54,311 bases of DNA from Eubacteriales bacterium (GTDB taxonomy: Bacteria > Bacillota > Clostridia > Oscillospirales > CAG-272), in contig JAZNYL010000020.1 of NCBI GenBank assembly GCA_045594445.1, positions 1-54,311 of the forward strand, written 5' to 3'. Below are positions 45,498-54,311 of the stretch, piece after piece (position 1 is the first letter of the stretch; each line of letters opens with the position of its first letter). The translations under genes and the position numbers were made by a program. A model generated the notes under the pieces. That model saw only the letters and a list, made by a program, of their open reading frames with translations. It did no database searches and had not been told where the DNA came from.

Positions 45498-46232
45498 ATG
45501 AAACATACCGAGCATTTTTTAACCAAATGGCACGACACCGATCCCGATCTGATCATTCGCCCCTCGCAGGTGCTGATGTATATGCAGGAGTGCGCAAACA
45601 GACAGTGCCGCGCGATCGACCTGGACCTTGACGAGATCCACCAGCGCGACGGCATCGGCTTTATCATGAGCCGCATTCAGGTCAGCATCGACGCGCCTCT
45701 GCCGCCCTATGTCCGCATCTGGGCCAACACGTGGTGTCCGCCATCGCGCTCCTATTCCTTCAACCGTTGCTTTGAAATTGAATACGACGGCAAGGTCTAC
45801 GCCCGCGCAACCTCCGAATGGGCCTTGGTCAATCTTAAGGACCGCACCTTTATCAAGTCCGAGGACTTCCCCGCGGCATCCCGGTTCCCCTCGGATGAAA
45901 TGATTGACAAAAACGAGCTGCCCCGCCGCGTGCGCATTTCCTCGTCCATCCCCTTGACCGAGGTTGGCACGCGCGAAATCCGCTATTCCGATCTGGATTA
46001 CAACATGCACATGAACAACACCAAGTACCCCGATATGCTGTGCGATTACGTACCGGATATGCTTGGAAAATTCGTCAGTGGCTTTTCGCTCTCCTACCTG
46101 CACGAGGCCGCTTACGGTGACGTGCTGACCGTATACCGCGCAGAGAGCGAGAACGGCTATTGGTTCCGCCTGATCAACCAGGACGGCAAGACCTGCATGG
46201 AAGCGGAGCTGTATTTGAAAAACATGGAATAA
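45498..46232 (+). CDS. Acyl-ACP thioesterase family protein
   Basis: MQECA, ATSEWALV, RYSDLDYNMHMNNTKY, YLHEA; ATG 45498 after GGAGG. Confidence 0.88.
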   Translation: MKHTEHFLTKWHDTDPDLIIRPSQVLMYMQECANRQCRAIDLDLDEIHQRDGIGFIMSRIQVSIDAPLPPYVRIWANTWCPPSRSYSFNRCFEIEYDGKVYARATSEWALVNLKDRTFIKSEDFPAASRFPSDEMIDKNELPRRVRISSSIPLTEVGTREIRYSDLDYNMHMNNTKYPDMLCDYVPDMLGKFVSGFSLSYLHEAAYGDVLTVYRAESENGYWFRLINQDGKTCMEAELYLKNME

Positions 46233-46239
46233 AAATTCT

Positions 46240-46269
46240 GGAATCCCTTTCTGCAAGGGATTCCTTTTT
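46240..46269 (+). terminator. Terminator
   Basis: GGAATCCCTT...AAGGGATTCC-TTTTT. Confidence 0.8.
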
Positions 46270-46278
46270 GTTGAAGAA

Positions 46279-46391
46279 GGCGACGAGGAGCAAGCCCCTC
46301 CCCTACGCGACAAAGGCAAAGCAATTTTACCCAAAACAGGAATCATCCGTAAAATATCAGGTCGTAGGGGAGGGGCTTGCTCCTCCTCGCC
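46279..46391. repeat. Inverted pair of GTAG-type REPs
   Basis: 46279-46307 is the reverse complement of 46363-46391 (CGTAGGGGAGGGGCTTGCTCCTCsTCGCC) with 1 mismatch. Confidence 0.85.
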
Positions 46392-46407
46392 TGCAACAAC
46401 ATCATAT

Positions 46408-46447
46408 AAACCACCCCTTTGGCATCGTGTGATACCAAAGGGGTTTT
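46408..46447 (-). terminator. Terminator of the ABC operon
   Basis: ACCCCTTTGGCATC...GATACCAAAGGGGT stem. Confidence 0.7.
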
Positions 46448-46464
46448 CATGTAAATATTGTTTT

Positions 46465-48285
46465 TTATTCTTTCTTGTCCAGCACGATCTGCGTTTGCTC
46501 GTCCTCATACTGACGGGTATAGAGGCGGTAATAATACCCCTTGGCCGCCATCAGTTCGGCGTGGCTGCCGCGCTCGATAATTTTTCCGTCCTTGACGGCC
46601 AAGATGATATCGGCCTGACGGATGGTGGAAAGTCTGTGCGCGATAATAAAGCAGGTGCGCCCAAGGCTAACGCGCTCGGTGGCGCGCTGGATCAGCTGCT
46701 CGGTATGGCTATCCACCGACGAGGTGGCCTCGTCCAGCACCAGAATAGACGGATTTGCCAGCATGACGCGCGCAAACGACAAAAGCTGCTTTTCGCCCGT
46801 GGAAAGAAGATCACCGCCCTCGCCCACGTCGCTCTCCAATCCCTTGCCCATGCGCTCGACAATTTTCCAAGCGTCAATCTCGCGCAAGGCGGCCTCCATC
46901 TCCTCTTCGGTGGCGTTCGGGTTCCCGTAGCGCAAATTCTCTGCAACGCTGCCCGAGAACAGATGCGGCGTTTGCAGCACGTAGCCAAGTGAGGAATGCA
47001 GCCACAACTGGCTTCTCTCTCTTGCGTCACGGCCGTCGATCAGCACTCTGCCCTTGGTGGGATCGTAGAAACGGCAAACCAGGTTGACCAGCGTGGATTT
47101 TCCCGCACCCGTCTCGCCCACGATTGCCACGTTGGTGCCCTTTGGCACGTGCAGATCAAAGTTTTCAAGCACCCATTCGTTGCCGTCCGGGTACATAAAC
47201 GAAACGTCCTCAAACGTAATATCACCCTGCAAGGGCTCCCAGTTTTCTTTCTTGGGATGGAAGGTATCTCCGTATTTTTCCACAACCTCGGCACTGTCCG
47301 GCACGTCGGATTCTGTTTCCAGAATCTTGGACACGCGCTCCATGTTGACACGCACAAAGATCATGTCGGCCATAGCGTTGACTACCCATTGCACCTGCTC
47401 CATGACGTTCATGGCGTAGGTCATGAATACCGAGAGCTTGGCCAGCAGCTCCACGTCCTGTTGTGCAAGCACGCCGCCGCGCCACAGCACGAGCGCCAGC
47501 GCCATAGAGGTGGAGAATGCGATCAGGCAGATAAAGCTTGCGCGCACGCGTGCGGTCAGCACAGCGGTACGGCGCATTTTGCCGGTCAGCTCAAAAAAGC
47601 TCTTGCGCATCTTACCCTCTGCGCCCAGTACGCGAACCGTGCGCGAGCCGGTAATGCTTTCGTTGAACTTACCCGAAATCTGCGAATTGAGCTCTCGCAC
47701 CTCGCTATTCAGCGTACGCAATCTGCGCTCAAACAGCGCCGCGCCAAGCGCGATGACGGGTACGATGACCATGACGCACAACGCCAGCTTCCAATCCTTG
47801 ATAAACATGACTACGGCTGCGCCGATCAGATACGACAAATTCCACACGCCGCTCATAAAATCCCAAGCGACCACGCCGCCGATACGGCTGGTATCGCTCA
47901 TGATGCGTGAGTGCAGATATCCCACGCTGTTCTGGTTAAAGAACGAGAACGACAGCGACTGCAAATGCTTGAAGCACGCGCCGCGCATATCCTTGGCGAT
48001 CAGCACCTCAATGCGACCGGTCTGATAGGACGAGATAAAATCTGCCACAATGCGCGAAAGCAAAAACAGCGCGTAAAGCAGGCAGAATAAGCCAAGTCCG
48101 GAAACCGTACCCGGCAAAATGAAATTGGCAATGGCGTACTCCTGAAACAAGGGCAGGCAGATATCCACCACGCCGCTGAACACGCCAAGCAGTAAAATCA
48201 CGCCAAATACCCACAAATAGGGCTTGAAGAATGCAATGACCTTGGGGTACGGCAATCCCTTGCGCTTGATTTGCTCTTTTTTCAT
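46465..48285 (-). CDS. ABC exporter, fused permease/ATPase, subunit B
   Basis: TMD + GETGAGKST, degenerate signature LSTGEKQ, ILVLDEA, IAHR; ATG 48285 overlaps the upstream stop. Confidence 0.93.
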   Translation of the reverse strand: MKKEQIKRKGLPYPKVIAFFKPYLWVFGVILLLGVFSGVVDICLPLFQEYAIANFILPGTVSGLGLFCLLYALFLLSRIVADFISSYQTGRIEVLIAKDMRGACFKHLQSLSFSFFNQNSVGYLHSRIMSDTSRIGGVVAWDFMSGVWNLSYLIGAAVVMFIKDWKLALCVMVIVPVIALGAALFERRLRTLNSEVRELNSQISGKFNESITGSRTVRVLGAEGKMRKSFFELTGKMRRTAVLTARVRASFICLIAFSTSMALALVLWRGGVLAQQDVELLAKLSVFMTYAMNVMEQVQWVVNAMADMIFVRVNMERVSKILETESDVPDSAEVVEKYGDTFHPKKENWEPLQGDITFEDVSFMYPDGNEWVLENFDLHVPKGTNVAIVGETGAGKSTLVNLVCRFYDPTKGRVLIDGRDARERSQLWLHSSLGYVLQTPHLFSGSVAENLRYGNPNATEEEMEAALREIDAWKIVERMGKGLESDVGEGGDLLSTGEKQLLSFARVMLANPSILVLDEATSSVDSHTEQLIQRATERVSLGRTCFIIAHRLSTIRQADIILAVKDGKIIERGSHAELMAAKGYYYRLYTRQYEDEQTQIVLDKKE

Positions 48286-50129
48286 GCCGTCACCTCCCCG
48301 TCGTCGGTACTCCCGGTGCTCTGCACCGCCTCGTCTCTTCCCTGCATTGCGCACACGCGGCTGTAAATGCCGCCCGCGGCAACAAGCTCTTCATGCGTGC
48401 CCATTTCTGCCACGCGTCCCTCGTCCAGCACCACAATGCTGTCCGCATGCGAGAGCGTGGTGATGCGGTGCGAGATCAGAATGACCGTGCAGCCCTCAAA
48501 CTCGCGGCGCAGCGCGCGACGAATGGTGGCGTCGGTCTCGCTGTCCACGGCAGACAGAGAATCGTCGAAGATCATAATATCGGGGCGCGTTGCCAGCATT
48601 CTGGCAATCGAGCACCGCTGCTTTTGTCCGCCGGAAAGCGTCACGCCGCGCTCGCCGACAAAGGTTTCGTATCCTTCCTTGAATTCCGAAACCGCGCCGT
48701 CAAAGCACGCAACGCCTGCTGCGTAGCGAACCTTTTCCATATTCACACCCTCGGTGCCCATGCAGATATTCTCTGCAATCGTGCCCGAGAACAAATACGT
48801 ATCCTGCAGCACGTATCCCACGCGACGGTGCAGCTCTGCGCGCTCAATCTGCGCAATCGGCACACCGCCTATGGTGATCGAGCCATCCTCCAGCTCGTAA
48901 AGTCGGTCCAAAAGCCCCATCAGGGTGCTCTTACCCGATCCGGTACCGCCCATGATGCCGATCACGCTGCCGCCCTTGACCGTAAAGGACACGTCCTCCA
49001 GAATCTGCGCGCCCTCCGCCTCGTAGCGGAAATTGACGTGATCGAACACGATATCGCCCTTGAAATCGGCAGTGCTGACCTGCTCGGTCTGCTGCTCGGG
49101 CGCAGTATTGAGAATATCGTTGATTCTGCCAAGTGCCACGCCTGCCTTACTCATTTCGGACACGATTCTGCCAAGTGAGCGCACCGGCCACAGCATCATG
49201 GCGTTATAGGTTACGAACGCCAAGAGGTCTCCCAGCTCCATGCCCTGCGTAACGCACAGATACGTGCCGATGCCAAGCACGGCCAGCACCTGCATGCCCG
49301 AGAAAAAGTCGCCGATGATCCAGAACCATGTAAACAGCCAGGTCAGGCGCACGTTGCGGTCACCATATTCCTTGTTTTTCTTATCAAATTTTTCAATCTC
49401 GCTTCTCTCGCGGCCAAAGGCACGCACCACGCGCACGCCGGTCAGATTTTCCTGCGTGATCGAGGAAAGCTCTGCCTCGCAGATATCGCAAGCCTCAAAA
49501 TGCTTGCTGATCTGCGCACGGAACACCAGCGAATAGGTCAGTACGATGGGCACGAATGCCAGAGGAACCAGCGCAAGCAGCGGATTCATGACAAACATGA
49601 CGGTCAGCGATACCGCCAGTAAAATCATGACGCGGAACAAAGGCACCAGCTGCTCTGCCACGAAATTCTTGACCATTTCCACGTCCGAGGTGGAGCGTTG
49701 GATCAAATCACCCGTTTTATTCTGCGAATAAAAGCTTTGCGGCAGGCGTCCGATATGCGAAAACAGATCGTCACGAATGGTTTTGACCATGCTCTCGCCG
49801 CCCAGATTATTGAAATACATATTACCGAAGCGGCAAGCAACCGAGGCAGCGCCCGTCACGATGACGGCAATGGCCACCAGCCATAATTTATCCTGCAGGA
49901 ACGCAATCAGCGCGGGCACGTCCACAAGCGGCTCCAAAAACGCGGGCAGCTCAAGTTCGTTGCCCGAGAGCAGATTGTCCACGGTAAAGTTGACGATCTG
50001 CGGTGCGACCATCTCAAGTCCCGTCATGGCAAAGGCACACAGAATGCCCAGCGCAAACCAATGGCGGCTTGTTCGCAAAAAACGCCAAAGTCGCGCGGCC
50101 TTGCCGTACGCCTTATGTTGTGTTTCCAT
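48282..50129 (-). CDS. ABC exporter, fused permease/ATPase, subunit A
   Basis: TMD + GGTGSGKST, LSGGQKQ, degenerate Walker B IFDDS; ATG 50129 after GAAAGGA. Confidence 0.93.
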   Translation of the reverse strand: METQHKAYGKAARLWRFLRTSRHWFALGILCAFAMTGLEMVAPQIVNFTVDNLLSGNELELPAFLEPLVDVPALIAFLQDKLWLVAIAVIVTGAASVACRFGNMYFNNLGGESMVKTIRDDLFSHIGRLPQSFYSQNKTGDLIQRSTSDVEMVKNFVAEQLVPLFRVMILLAVSLTVMFVMNPLLALVPLAFVPIVLTYSLVFRAQISKHFEACDICEAELSSITQENLTGVRVVRAFGRERSEIEKFDKKNKEYGDRNVRLTWLFTWFWIIGDFFSGMQVLAVLGIGTYLCVTQGMELGDLLAFVTYNAMMLWPVRSLGRIVSEMSKAGVALGRINDILNTAPEQQTEQVSTADFKGDIVFDHVNFRYEAEGAQILEDVSFTVKGGSVIGIMGGTGSGKSTLMGLLDRLYELEDGSITIGGVPIAQIERAELHRRVGYVLQDTYLFSGTIAENICMGTEGVNMEKVRYAAGVACFDGAVSEFKEGYETFVGERGVTLSGGQKQRCSIARMLATRPDIMIFDDSLSAVDSETDATIRRALRREFEGCTVILISHRITTLSHADSIVVLDEGRVAEMGTHEELVAAGGIYSRVCAMQGRDEAVQSTGSTDDGEVTA

Positions 50130-50159
50130 ATTATCACATCCTTTCTGATTCGTTCTTTT

Positions 50160-50183
50160 GCAGGGGAGGATATCCTCCCCTAC
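50160..50183 (-). repeat. GTAG-type REP
   Basis: Minus strand GTAGGGGAGGATATCCTCCCCTGC. Confidence 0.65.
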
Positions 50184-50193
50184 AAGCATTCAT

Positions 50194-50889
50194 TTAGTTT
50201 TCTGCCTGCGCAAACGGACAAATATCCCCAAGCGGGCATTGGTCGCACTTGGGTGCTCTTGCCGTGCAATAGTCGCGGCCAAACTGTACCGCGCGATGGC
50301 AAAAATCGCTCTGATCCGCGGGCTCGACGTACATATCCAGTATCTTTTCCACCTTGTGCGGATCCTTCAGCGTGGTGGGATACGCGCCCAGCCTGCCGCC
50401 GATGCAGATCAGATGCGTATCGGCCACGATGCCCGGAATGCCGTAAATATCCCCAAGCAGCAGATTGGCAATCTTGCGTCCCACGCCGGGAAAGGTCAGC
50501 AGCACCTCGCGGTCGGCGGGCACTCTGCCGCCGTACTCGTTGACCAGCATCGCGCACGAGTCCTTGATATTGCTTGCCTTTGCGCGATAAAAGCCGCAGG
50601 AATGCACCATTTTCTCCAAGTCCTCAAGCGGCGCTTCAGCTACCGCCCGGGCTGTGGGATAAGCTGCAAACAGCTCACGGCAAACGATATTGACTCTGGC
50701 ATCCGTGCATTGCGCCGACAATCTGCCCATGATCAAAAGTCGCCAGCCGTCGTCCGCGGGGTCGGGCGCATCGGTTCTCCACTCCAGCGCGCACTCCGCA
50801 CCGGGGTAGATTTCGGCAAGTCTTTTTGAAACCTCGGAGAATCTTGCCTTGGTCTCTTTATATTGCTTTGTTCTTTTCAGGTTTTTCAT
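50194..50889 (-). CDS. nth: Endonuclease III
   Basis: LSAQCTDARVN, HhH FPGVGRKIAN, ADTH, [4Fe-4S] C-x6-C-x2-C-x5-C. Confidence 0.95.
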   Translation of the reverse strand: MKNLKRTKQYKETKARFSEVSKRLAEIYPGAECALEWRTDAPDPADDGWRLLIMGRLSAQCTDARVNIVCRELFAAYPTARAVAEAPLEDLEKMVHSCGFYRAKASNIKDSCAMLVNEYGGRVPADREVLLTFPGVGRKIANLLLGDIYGIPGIVADTHLICIGGRLGAYPTTLKDPHKVEKILDMYVEPADQSDFCHRAVQFGRDYCTARAPKCDQCPLGDICPFAQAEN

Positions 50890-50974
50890 TTTTTCCTTTC
50901 AACAAAGCGTGGGAAAACCGACCCTATCTTACAAAGGTCGATTTTCCCCACTCTTTTATGTCATTTTTAAAGGA

Positions 50975-52798
50975 TCAATCCTCGATGGGATACTTTTCCT
51001 TGTATTCCTGGTATCTGCGGTCAAACTCGGGGTTGCCGTGCTTAAGATCGTACAGATACTTATGCATATCGAGCGCCTTTTCCTTGGAAAGCTCCAGCAT
51101 GCAGCCTGCGATATTGGAGCAATGGTCGGCAACGCGTTCGCAGTTGGTCAAAAGGTCAGAGAGAATGAAGCCCATTTCCATGGTGCACTCATTGTTCTGC
51201 AGACGCACGATGTGGTGCAGCTTGATGGCGTCACGCAAGTCGTCAATGACCTCCTCTAAAGGCTCAACGGATGCGGCCATGTTAAAGTCGTCGTTGATAA
51301 AGCCCTCACGCGCGTTCCAAAGCACCTCGCGCACAGCGGCAACCATGGTGTTGATCTCCTTTTGTGCGGCGGGAGAGAATTGAATCTGCTTATCCTTCAT
51401 TTCTTCAACCGACTCCACAATGTTCACTGCGTGGTCGGAAATGCGCTCAAAGTCACCGATCAGATGCAAGAGCTTGGTGATCTCTCTCGAGCCCTCGCCC
51501 GAGCTGTTCTTTGCAGCCAGCTTGACCAGGTACGAGCCGATCTTATCCTCCATCTTGTCCACGTCGTCCTCGCACTTGCGTATAAGGTCCGCAGACTTGG
51601 CATCATAATTGCTAAGCAGCATCAGCGCGCGGTCCATCGCGTCACAGGAAGCAACTGCCATCTTACGTGCAGCAACCTCTGCCTGCTCTACTGCAACTGC
51701 AGGAGTGATGAACAGACGCTCGTCCAGCATAATGCCGTCCTCGTCCTTCTTTTTCTTGGAGGTCTCGGGAACGGATACGGTTGCCAGCTTGACAAGCAGA
51801 TTGGTGAACGGGAACATAATAATGACGGCAATGATCTTGAATACGGTATGAATGAGAGCGATATCCCACATGTTGGTGGTGATATTCTTGAGGCCAAAAT
51901 CGAAGATCGCATCCAGAATGTAATAACCGCTGAGCACAACGAGCACCGAGATAATATTGAAATACAGATGCACGAGCGCCGCTCTCTTACCGTTCTTGGA
52001 AGAGCCCATGGACGAAAGCATGGCGGTGACGCAAGTACCGATATTCTGACCCATGACAATCGGGATGGCGATGCCGTAAGAGATCGCGCCCGATGCGGTC
52101 AGCGCCTGCAAAATACCAACGGATGCAGAGGAGGACTGTACGATAGCGGTCAGCACGGTACCTGCCAGGACGCCAAGGAAGGGATTTTCAAACATAACCA
52201 GCAGCTGGCCAAACTCGGGAATGGACTTGAATACGGCGACCGCGTCCGACATGATATTCATGCCCGTCATCAGCACGCCAAAGCCCAAAAGGATAAAGCC
52301 GACCTGCTTATATCTGTTTTTCTTTGCAAACATGCAGAACACAATGCCGATCAAGGCAAGGATGGGCATCCAGAAATCGGGCTTGAGATACTGAAGTCCT
52401 GCCATAATCCCCTCAGCACCCGCAACCTCCATACCGGTCATAGCGGTCAGCCATGCGGTGATCGCGGTACCTACGTTAGCTCCCAGAATGACGCCTACGG
52501 CCTGCGCCAGCGTCATGGTTGCGGAGTTGACAAAGCCCACGACCATCACCGTGGTGGCAGAGGACGACTGAATGATCAGCGTCACGCCAAGGCCGAGCAA
52601 AAAGCCCTTGAATTTGTTGGAGGTCATTTTGCCGAGAATGATCTTGAGGCGGTTGCCCGCGCACTTTTTCAGACCATCGCCCATGACGTCCATACCGAAC
52701 AAGAACAGTGCAAGACCAAGCAGCAGGTTGAGCACCATAAAGACGTCAACACTCTCGTGCGTCAGCACAGCCTGCAGATTGTTCAACAAATTTTGCAT
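50975..52798 (-). CDS. Na/Pi cotransporter family protein with PhoU-like C-terminal domains
   Basis: Two QSSSA repeats, GANVGT/GQNIGT, DFERISDHAVN and NCERVADHCSN. Confidence 0.94.
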   Translation of the reverse strand: MQNLLNNLQAVLTHESVDVFMVLNLLLGLALFLFGMDVMGDGLKKCAGNRLKIILGKMTSNKFKGFLLGLGVTLIIQSSSATTVMVVGFVNSATMTLAQAVGVILGANVGTAITAWLTAMTGMEVAGAEGIMAGLQYLKPDFWMPILALIGIVFCMFAKKNRYKQVGFILLGFGVLMTGMNIMSDAVAVFKSIPEFGQLLVMFENPFLGVLAGTVLTAIVQSSSASVGILQALTASGAISYGIAIPIVMGQNIGTCVTAMLSSMGSSKNGKRAALVHLYFNIISVLVVLSGYYILDAIFDFGLKNITTNMWDIALIHTVFKIIAVIIMFPFTNLLVKLATVSVPETSKKKKDEDGIMLDERLFITPAVAVEQAEVAARKMAVASCDAMDRALMLLSNYDAKSADLIRKCEDDVDKMEDKIGSYLVKLAAKNSSGEGSREITKLLHLIGDFERISDHAVNIVESVEEMKDKQIQFSPAAQKEINTMVAAVREVLWNAREGFINDDFNMAASVEPLEEVIDDLRDAIKLHHIVRLQNNECTMEMGFILSDLLTNCERVADHCSNIAGCMLELSKEKALDMHKYLYDLKHGNPEFDRRYQEYKEKYPIED

Positions 52799-52826
52799 TT
52801 TTGAGTCCTTTCCGATCCTTTGTAAA

Positions 52827-53486
52827 TCAGATCAACATTTGTCCGTTTATATTTAACTTGAATTGAAGTCCCAGCTTGTCCGCAGCCTTGCGGCACATGA
52901 TCATTCTGCCAAGGAAGATTTCAAAATACGACATGACCGAGGCAACGCTCGTATCGATATCCAAGGACAGCGTCACGGTTTTCTGCTCCTTATCCAGGGT
53001 AAGACGCGACATTTCCACCGAATAATTGACGCGGTCGTGAATGTCAAACGTGGCAATATCCCCGTTTCGAACGCGACTTCTCCTTACGTCCGACTTGTCC
53101 GCCAGAATCAAGGCAGCAGCCACGCCGTTAACCGGCACGCCCGTGCCCTCGTCGTGGTTTCCGATGGCGGTGACGATGGTGGCAATATCCTCGGGGGGCA
53201 TGTCCATATGGTCAAGCAGACGGAACGCCATCACCGCACCGCTCTGCGAGTGATCCACGCGATTGACCAAGTTGCCGATATCGTGCAGGTATCCCGCGAT
53301 CTTGGCAAGCTCGATCTCGTGCTCGTCGTATCCAAGCTCGGCAAGGATATATGCCGCCGTTTCGGATACGCGCGTGACGTGTGCAAAGCTGTGCTCGGTA
53401 AATCCGAGTGCACACAGTGACTCGTCCGCTCTTTGTATATAAGTTCTGATCTCCGGGCTATGCCGCAGCTGATCGTAAGTGATCAT
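52827..53486 (-). CDS. HD-domain phosphohydrolase
   Basis: TEHSFAH...YLHDIGN...IGNHDE...LILADKSD; promoter TTGACA-17-TAAAAT at 53547-53519. Confidence 0.9.
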   Translation of the reverse strand: MITYDQLRHSPEIRTYIQRADESLCALGFTEHSFAHVTRVSETAAYILAELGYDEHEIELAKIAGYLHDIGNLVNRVDHSQSGAVMAFRLLDHMDMPPEDIATIVTAIGNHDEGTGVPVNGVAAALILADKSDVRRSRVRNGDIATFDIHDRVNYSVEMSRLTLDKEQKTVTLSLDIDTSVASVMSYFEIFLGRMIMCRKAADKLGLQFKLNINGQMLI

Positions 53487-53595
53487 CCATTTCCTCCGTA
53501 AAATGCCTATTTGATTTTATTTTATCATATTATTGTATATTTGTCAATAATATTTTCAGTTGATAGAGTGTTACGCGCGGAGCATAACAAAAAAA

Positions 53596-53658
53596 GGAAA
53601 TCCGCTCATGCGAGCGGATTTTCCACCATAATTCTGCATTCTGCATTCTGCATTTGCA
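53596..53658 (-). repeat. (AATGCAG)n heptamer array + terminator hairpin, same family as 14651-14717
   Basis: ATTCTGC x3 at 53631-53651; hairpin GGAAATCCGCTC...GAGCGGATTTTCC with a T tail on the minus strand. Confidence 0.75.
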
Positions 53659-53679
53659 TAAAACGTAATGCGTCTCGCA

Positions 53680-54311
53680 TTACGTTTTATGTAAGGGGCT
53701 CCATTTCCCTTTTTTGAAATAGACCGAGAACATACAGAACAGCGCAAGGTTATGCGCGATCATGCAAGCCCATGCGGCCACCAGCGTGGGATTGGGCAGC
53801 AGCATCAGGCACAAAAACGTGCCCAGAATTCTCATGCCCCACATACCGATGACGTTGAATACAAACGGCGTTTTGGTGTTGCCCACGCCCTGCATCATAC
53901 CCTCGGTGATGATGGTGACGCCGTAGAACGGCTCGGACAAGGCCACCATGCGCAAAACGGTGGTGCCAAGTGAAATGACCAGCGGGTCTTTGGAGAAGAT
54001 GCGCAGCATATACGGCGCAAGCAGGAACAAAAGCCCGCCTGAGACAATCATGAGCAGCACCTCGCAGACCAGCATCAGCCTGCCGAGATCCTTTAATTTT
54101 TCCTTGTCCTTTGCGCCGACGCAGTTGCCTGCCAGCGTGGCGGCAGCGGCCTGCATGCCAAAGCCGGGGATATAGAACGCGGACTCCACCGTGTTGGCAA
54201 AGCCGTGCGCGGCGGTGGAAACGTCGCCAAGCGAATTGATCATGGACGCGAACACCACATAGCCAAGCGAGGTGGCAAATCTTTGCGCCATATTGGGCAT
54301 GGCCACCTTCA
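53680..54311 (-). CDS. MATE-family efflux transporter, 5'-partial
   Basis: AAHGFANTVESAFYIPGFG...AATLAGNCVGA...QGVGNTK; runs off the window end. Confidence 0.88.
   Translation of the reverse strand, partial: KVAMPNMAQRFATSLGYVVFASMINSLGDVSTAAHGFANTVESAFYIPGFGMQAAAATLAGNCVGAKDKEKLKDLGRLMLVCEVLLMIVSGGLLFLLAPYMLRIFSKDPLVISLGTTVLRMVALSEPFYGVTIITEGMMQGVGNTKTPFVFNVIGMWGMRILGTFLCLMLLPNPTLVAAWACMIAHNLALFCMFSVYFKKGKWSPLHKT

Noticed and set aside
46465-50129. Degenerate ABC motifs (IFDDS, LSTGE) as signs of pseudogenisation
   Set aside because: This is the normal asymmetric arrangement of heterodimeric exporters (TM287/288 type).

Overview
Chromosomal segment, mostly ~50-55% GC by eye, of an apparently uncultured Clostridia (Bacillota) bacterium. 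The first ~1.14 kb is a Bacteroidales-like gmd-fcl fragment that breaks off inside fcl, probably a chimeric join. Housekeeping content: ribokinase, holA, rpmH-rnpA-yidD-yidC-jag (detached from its usual dnaA and mnmE neighbours), tRNA-Arg(ACG), pyk, fba, nth, a heterodimeric ABC exporter, a Na/Pi symporter and two MATE pumps. Carbohydrate/surface genes: GH1, GH3+HAD, SGNH, a DUF4838-like lipoprotein and a 1228-aa orphan lipoprotein. The most striking structure lies at 25.5-41.6 kb. A MoxR-DUF58-transglutaminase operon is followed by five tandem ~490-aa paralogous solute-binding-like lipoprotein genes with no permease or ATPase. Each of the five has its own terminator/sigma-A promoter cassette and block-wise hypervariable loops, and the whole block is bracketed by two inverted copies of a ~345-bp nested-hairpin MITE-like element (a third copy is at 7.0 kb). 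Other oddities: an antitoxin-less MazF/EndoA with catalytic Thr48 replaced by Pro, a GNAT-RluA fusion, a tRNA 3'-end duplication, an AT-rich solo gene, and several families of extragenic palindromic repeats with no cognate transposase in the window. All calls come from reading motifs by eye; no database searches were run.
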